Assembly: GCA_041622015.1 (NCBI GenBank)
Contig: JBFJZQ010000001.1
Location: forward strand, 1-43,012
DNA length: 43,012 nucleotides
From: Oleiphilaceae bacterium
GTDB lineage: Bacteria; Pseudomonadota; Gammaproteobacteria; Pseudomonadales; Oleiphilaceae
Reading direction: 5' to 3'
The position numbers and the translations under genes were made by a program. Numbering within the stretch: position 1 is the first letter of the stretch; every line of letters starts with the position of its first letter. The notes under the pieces are model-generated. The model worked only from the letters and a program-made list of their open reading frames with translations, did no database searches and had not been told where the DNA came from. This document shows, piece after piece, positions 38,901-43,012 of this stretch.

Positions 38901-39179
38901 AAGCGAACACAGAGACAATTAAAAGAAGCTTTGGAAATCTACACTTCTTTCTACAGCCCAAGAGCATTGTCGAAGGTAATACGAACACTTAGCCTTACAG
39001 ATCGTTATGCTCTTCTGTTTTATTTGAATTGTGAACCTTATAAAATTTTTTGTAAAAATATATTGCTAAGCATAGAAAGTATGCGACAATCGACACCCTT
39101 AATGAGATACAGTGCACATTAATTCGAATATTTTTGATTTACAGCCTGTTTGATCACCACCTGACTTGGGGTTGCCTAC

Positions 39180-39890
39180 TTGATAGAAGCTTTGACAATA
39201 CTAATTAGCTTAACGCTAGCAGTAACTGGCGTATTTCTTTGTAGAGATTATGCCAGATTTTTAAAAAGCGCTTACGCAAAACGTGGAAAAGTTGTATCAA
39301 TTCAATCCACCTACTCAAATCAGATCAACTCCCCCCTCCCTTCGTCAAAATTTGTGACGGAAGGTTTTTATCCAATAATCGAATATATTCATGATGGCCA
39401 AGCAGTTCGCTTTACTGCGATAGACCACTTAGCTTCTGCAAAACTACATCTTGGAGATAAGGTTCAACTTCGGATTATTAAAACACGCCGAAAAGAAAAT
39501 AGAGCCTGCAAAAGCTTGGTAGCCATCGTTAGCTTAATTACTATTTTAGCTATCACACTCATCACCGCTGCTGCCTCAGGAAATACCACATTATCTTTAC
39601 CGCAAATCCTTTTAGGCTCTTTTGTTATCGCACTAAGTCTTGCCATCTTGGCGCTTTATTTTAGCGACCAAGACCAACACTTTGCTCACGATCTGAAAGA
39701 AACAAAACGTGGTTATACTCAATTATTTTTAGCGGAACCCACGGCTTATACCAAATGGCAGTCCTCTCTTAGAGACCCAGTCCAGCGTATCAAAATCCAA
39801 GGCTCACGATTATGTGGCGCAACATTTATTGGAAGTGCCATGGCAATTTTAAGCTCGACACTTAGCCCTTATTTAATGAGTTCACTATAA
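39180..39890 (+). CDS. DUF3592-like membrane protein
   Basis: 236 aa, TTG start (no in-frame ATG nearby). N-terminal TM helix, then a beta-rich segment GKVVSIQS...FYPIIEYIHDGQAVRF...GDKVQLRI, then further TM helices; this matches DUF3592 topology. Confidence 0.55.
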   Translation: MIEALTILISLTLAVTGVFLCRDYARFLKSAYAKRGKVVSIQSTYSNQINSPLPSSKFVTEGFYPIIEYIHDGQAVRFTAIDHLASAKLHLGDKVQLRIIKTRRKENRACKSLVAIVSLITILAITLITAAASGNTTLSLPQILLGSFVIALSLAILALYFSDQDQHFAHDLKETKRGYTQLFLAEPTAYTKWQSSLRDPVQRIKIQGSRLCGATFIGSAMAILSSTLSPYLMSSL

Positions 39891-39969
39891 AATCTCAGCT
39901 CGGATAAATTACCCAAGTTAAGCCCTAGCTTTTAAGCAATCCTTCCTGCTAACCTTATCAGATTATTAA

Positions 39970-41061
<1,092 letters not shown>

Positions 41062-41095
41062 TTTATTCATCTTATTAAACAGGATTTAAGTCGCG

Positions 41096-43012
41096 ATGAG
41101 CAATCAAGCTGATAATAATGCAGCAAAAGAAATCGTAGAGGTTGATCTCAATCATCATCAATATTATTTTAATCGCGAACTTAGCCACCTTCAATTTAAT
41201 CAGCGCGTTTTAAAACAAACCTTAGATAAGAATCACCCTTTATTAAATCGTCTGCTTTTTTGCTGTATTTTTAGCAGCAACATGGATGAATTTTTTGAAA
41301 TACGTGTTGCTGGCATTCAAAACCAAATAAAATATGGTAGAGAAACCATTGGCCCAGATGGCCTTAGCCCTCAGCAGACCCTAGATGCCATAAATTTAAC
41401 CGCACATGAACTGGTGCGCGAACAATATCAAACGCTCAATGAGATCTTAATCCCTGCACTTGCTGACGAAAATATAAGATTCTTAAGGCGCAATGAATGG
41501 AGTGAAGCCCAGCAGGCCTGGCTTGCAGATTATTTCGACCGCGAAGTGTTACCCATCATCAACCCGATCGGCCTGGACCCTTCACACCCGTTCCCAAGAC
41601 TGGTCAATAAAAGCCTTAACTTCATTGCAGAATTAGATGGTAAAGATGCGTTTGGCCGTGAAACCGGCTTAGCCATTATTCCTGCGCCCAGATCCTTACC
41701 ACGAATGGTGAAATTACCTGCGGACATTTCAACAGGCGATGAACTTGTTTTTTTATCTTCTATTATTCACGCTCATGCAGACCAATTATTTCCGGGAATG
41801 ATCGTGCAAGGCTGTTATCAGTTCAGACTCACGCGTAATGCTGATTTCGAATTAGCTAATGACGAAATGGAAGACTTAGCCTCTGCGCTCAAAGGCGAAT
41901 TATTATCGCGTCGATTTGGGGATGCTGTTCGTTTGGAGCTGGCTGATAATTGCCCGGAACAATTGATTTCATTTTTATTAAAAGAATTCAAACTGACTGA
42001 ACATGACTTATATCAAGTAAACGGCCCGGTCAATCTCCATCGACTCATGGAGCTAGCCAATCTAGTCGACAGGCCCGACCTTTTATACCCCAGTTTTGCA
42101 CCGGGTACTCCCAAAGCTATTCGAGGGAACAGCTCTTTATTCCCGATTATTCGTCAAAAAGATATTTTGCTACACCACCCGTTCCAGAGCTATACCCCGG
42201 TCATCGATTTTTTACGACAAGCAGCAAAAGACCCCGATGTGGTTGCGATCAAGCAAACTCTCTACCGCTCTGGCACTAACTCTGAAATTGTTGATGCCTT
42301 AGTCGATGCCGCTCGTCGCGGGAAAGAAGTCACCGTGGTAATTGAGCTCAGAGCACGTTTTGATGAAGCCGAAAATATTGAATTAGCCAGCAGATTACAG
42401 GAATCGGGCGCTGTTGTCGTTTACGGCGTTGTTGGATTCAAAACGCATACAAAAATGATTTTGGTGGCGAGAAGAGAGTCGGATGGCTTTAGACATTATG
42501 TCCATCTAGGTACGGGTAATTATCACACCAGTAATGCCCGCTTATACACGGATTATAGTTTTATGAGCAGCGACCAAGCCTTAGGCAAAGATGTGTTCAA
42601 GATTTTCCAACAGTTAACCGGCATGGGAAAAGTTCTAAAAATCAAGAAATTATTTCACGCACCTTTCACGCTTCACGACAGCCTAATTCAATTGATTGAG
42701 CGAGAAACAGAAAATGCGGCTCAAGGTAAAGCATCGGGCATTACGGTAAAAGTTAATGCCATATCTGAACCTAAAATAATACGTGCACTGTATAAGGCAT
42801 CCCAAGCTGGCGTACCCATCAATCTCATCGTTCGAGGTATTTGCTCATTACGCCCCGGCGTGTCAGGTGTTTCTGAAACCATTAAAGTACGATCTATCAT
42901 CGGCCGTTTTCTGGAACACTCACGAATTTATTGGTTCCACAATAATGGTAAAGATGAGATATACGCAGCTAGTGCAGACTGGATGACGAGAAACCTGCTA
43001 AGCCGAGTTGAA
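41096..43012 (+). CDS. ppk: polyphosphate kinase 1 (5' 639 codons; continues past right edge)
   Basis: Not in the ORF track because no stop is reached. From ATG 41096 the frame reads MSNQADNNAAKEIVEVDLNHHQYYFNRELSHLQFNQRVLKQTLDKNHPLLNRLLFCCIFSSNMDEFFEIRVAG... and later ...LLHHPFQSY..., ...KTHTKMILV..., ...GTGNYH..., ...LFHAPFTLH..., typical PPK1. Confidence 0.92.
   Translation, partial: MSNQADNNAAKEIVEVDLNHHQYYFNRELSHLQFNQRVLKQTLDKNHPLLNRLLFCCIFSSNMDEFFEIRVAGIQNQIKYGRETIGPDGLSPQQTLDAINLTAHELVREQYQTLNEILIPALADENIRFLRRNEWSEAQQAWLADYFDREVLPIINPIGLDPSHPFPRLVNKSLNFIAELDGKDAFGRETGLAIIPAPRSLPRMVKLPADISTGDELVFLSSIIHAHADQLFPGMIVQGCYQFRLTRNADFELANDEMEDLASALKGELLSRRFGDAVRLELADNCPEQLISFLLKEFKLTEHDLYQVNGPVNLHRLMELANLVDRPDLLYPSFAPGTPKAIRGNSSLFPIIRQKDILLHHPFQSYTPVIDFLRQAAKDPDVVAIKQTLYRSGTNSEIVDALVDAARRGKEVTVVIELRARFDEAENIELASRLQESGAVVVYGVVGFKTHTKMILVARRESDGFRHYVHLGTGNYHTSNARLYTDYSFMSSDQALGKDVFKIFQQLTGMGKVLKIKKLFHAPFTLHDSLIQLIERETENAAQGKASGITVKVNAISEPKIIRALYKASQAGVPINLIVRGICSLRPGVSGVSETIKVRSIIGRFLEHSRIYWFHNNGKDEIYAASADWMTRNLLSRVE

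Noticed and set aside
38931-39122. 63-aa TTG-start ORF between the small protein gene and the DUF3592-like gene
   Set aside because: It has no SD, a rare start codon, and a composition (Tyr/Leu/Ser/Cys-rich with no charge pattern) that does not look protein-like. It cannot be excluded as a small gene, but it is unsupported.
41530-42986. ORFs 41530-41727 (-), 42096-42302 (+) and 42783-42986 (+)
   Set aside because: All lie inside the open-ended ppk1 reading frame (frame of 41096) in other frames.

Overview
This 43-kb window looks like core chromosome from a low-GC (about 40% by eye) gammaproteobacterium. Almost every long ORF is a recognisable housekeeping gene, and the gene order follows blocks known from Pseudomonas and E. 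coli.

Main blocks, left to right:
- A FATP-type acyl-CoA synthetase and a small PHA-system protein.
- ubiE-ubiJ-ubiB-hisE-tatA-tatB-tatC, then an rsmE-family gene.
- A two-gene chemoreceptor operon.
- (ygfB-pepP-ubiH-ubiI, minus strand) divergent from a coiled-coil gene, zapA, 6S RNA (ssrS) and 5-formyl-THF cyclo-ligase.
- ilvA, rpiA, ppa.
- A DUF2333 / LapD-like pair divergent from a REC-REC-GGDEF cyclase.
- aroQ-accB-accC-prmA-DUF3426-dusB-fis-purH.
- A roughly 2-kb insert (PEP-CTERM protein plus thioesterase), then purD and an IMPase-family gene.
- Small unknown genes, hemB, and a right-truncated ppk1.

I saw no rRNA, tRNA, CRISPR array, transposase, integrase, prophage or recognisable defence genes, and no convincing wholly novel multi-gene system.

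Findings most worth a second look:
1. A candidate c-di-GMP-I (GEMM-I-like) riboswitch aptamer directly upstream of the PEP-CTERM gene that splits purH from purD.
2. A local c-di-GMP cluster: an active REC-REC-GGDEF cyclase divergent from a degenerate LapD-like receptor that is co-operonic with DUF2333 rather than a LapG protease.
3. A chemoreceptor whose sensor is a His-rich six-helix membrane domain, co-operonic with a membrane-anchored thioredoxin-fold CPC protein.
4. An orphan minus-strand terminator with a matching promoter-like element in about 440 bp of non-coding DNA, suggesting an unannotated small RNA.
5. A 15-bp tandem repeat at the dusB-fis 5' end.

All family assignments come from motif recognition by eye. 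No database search was run.
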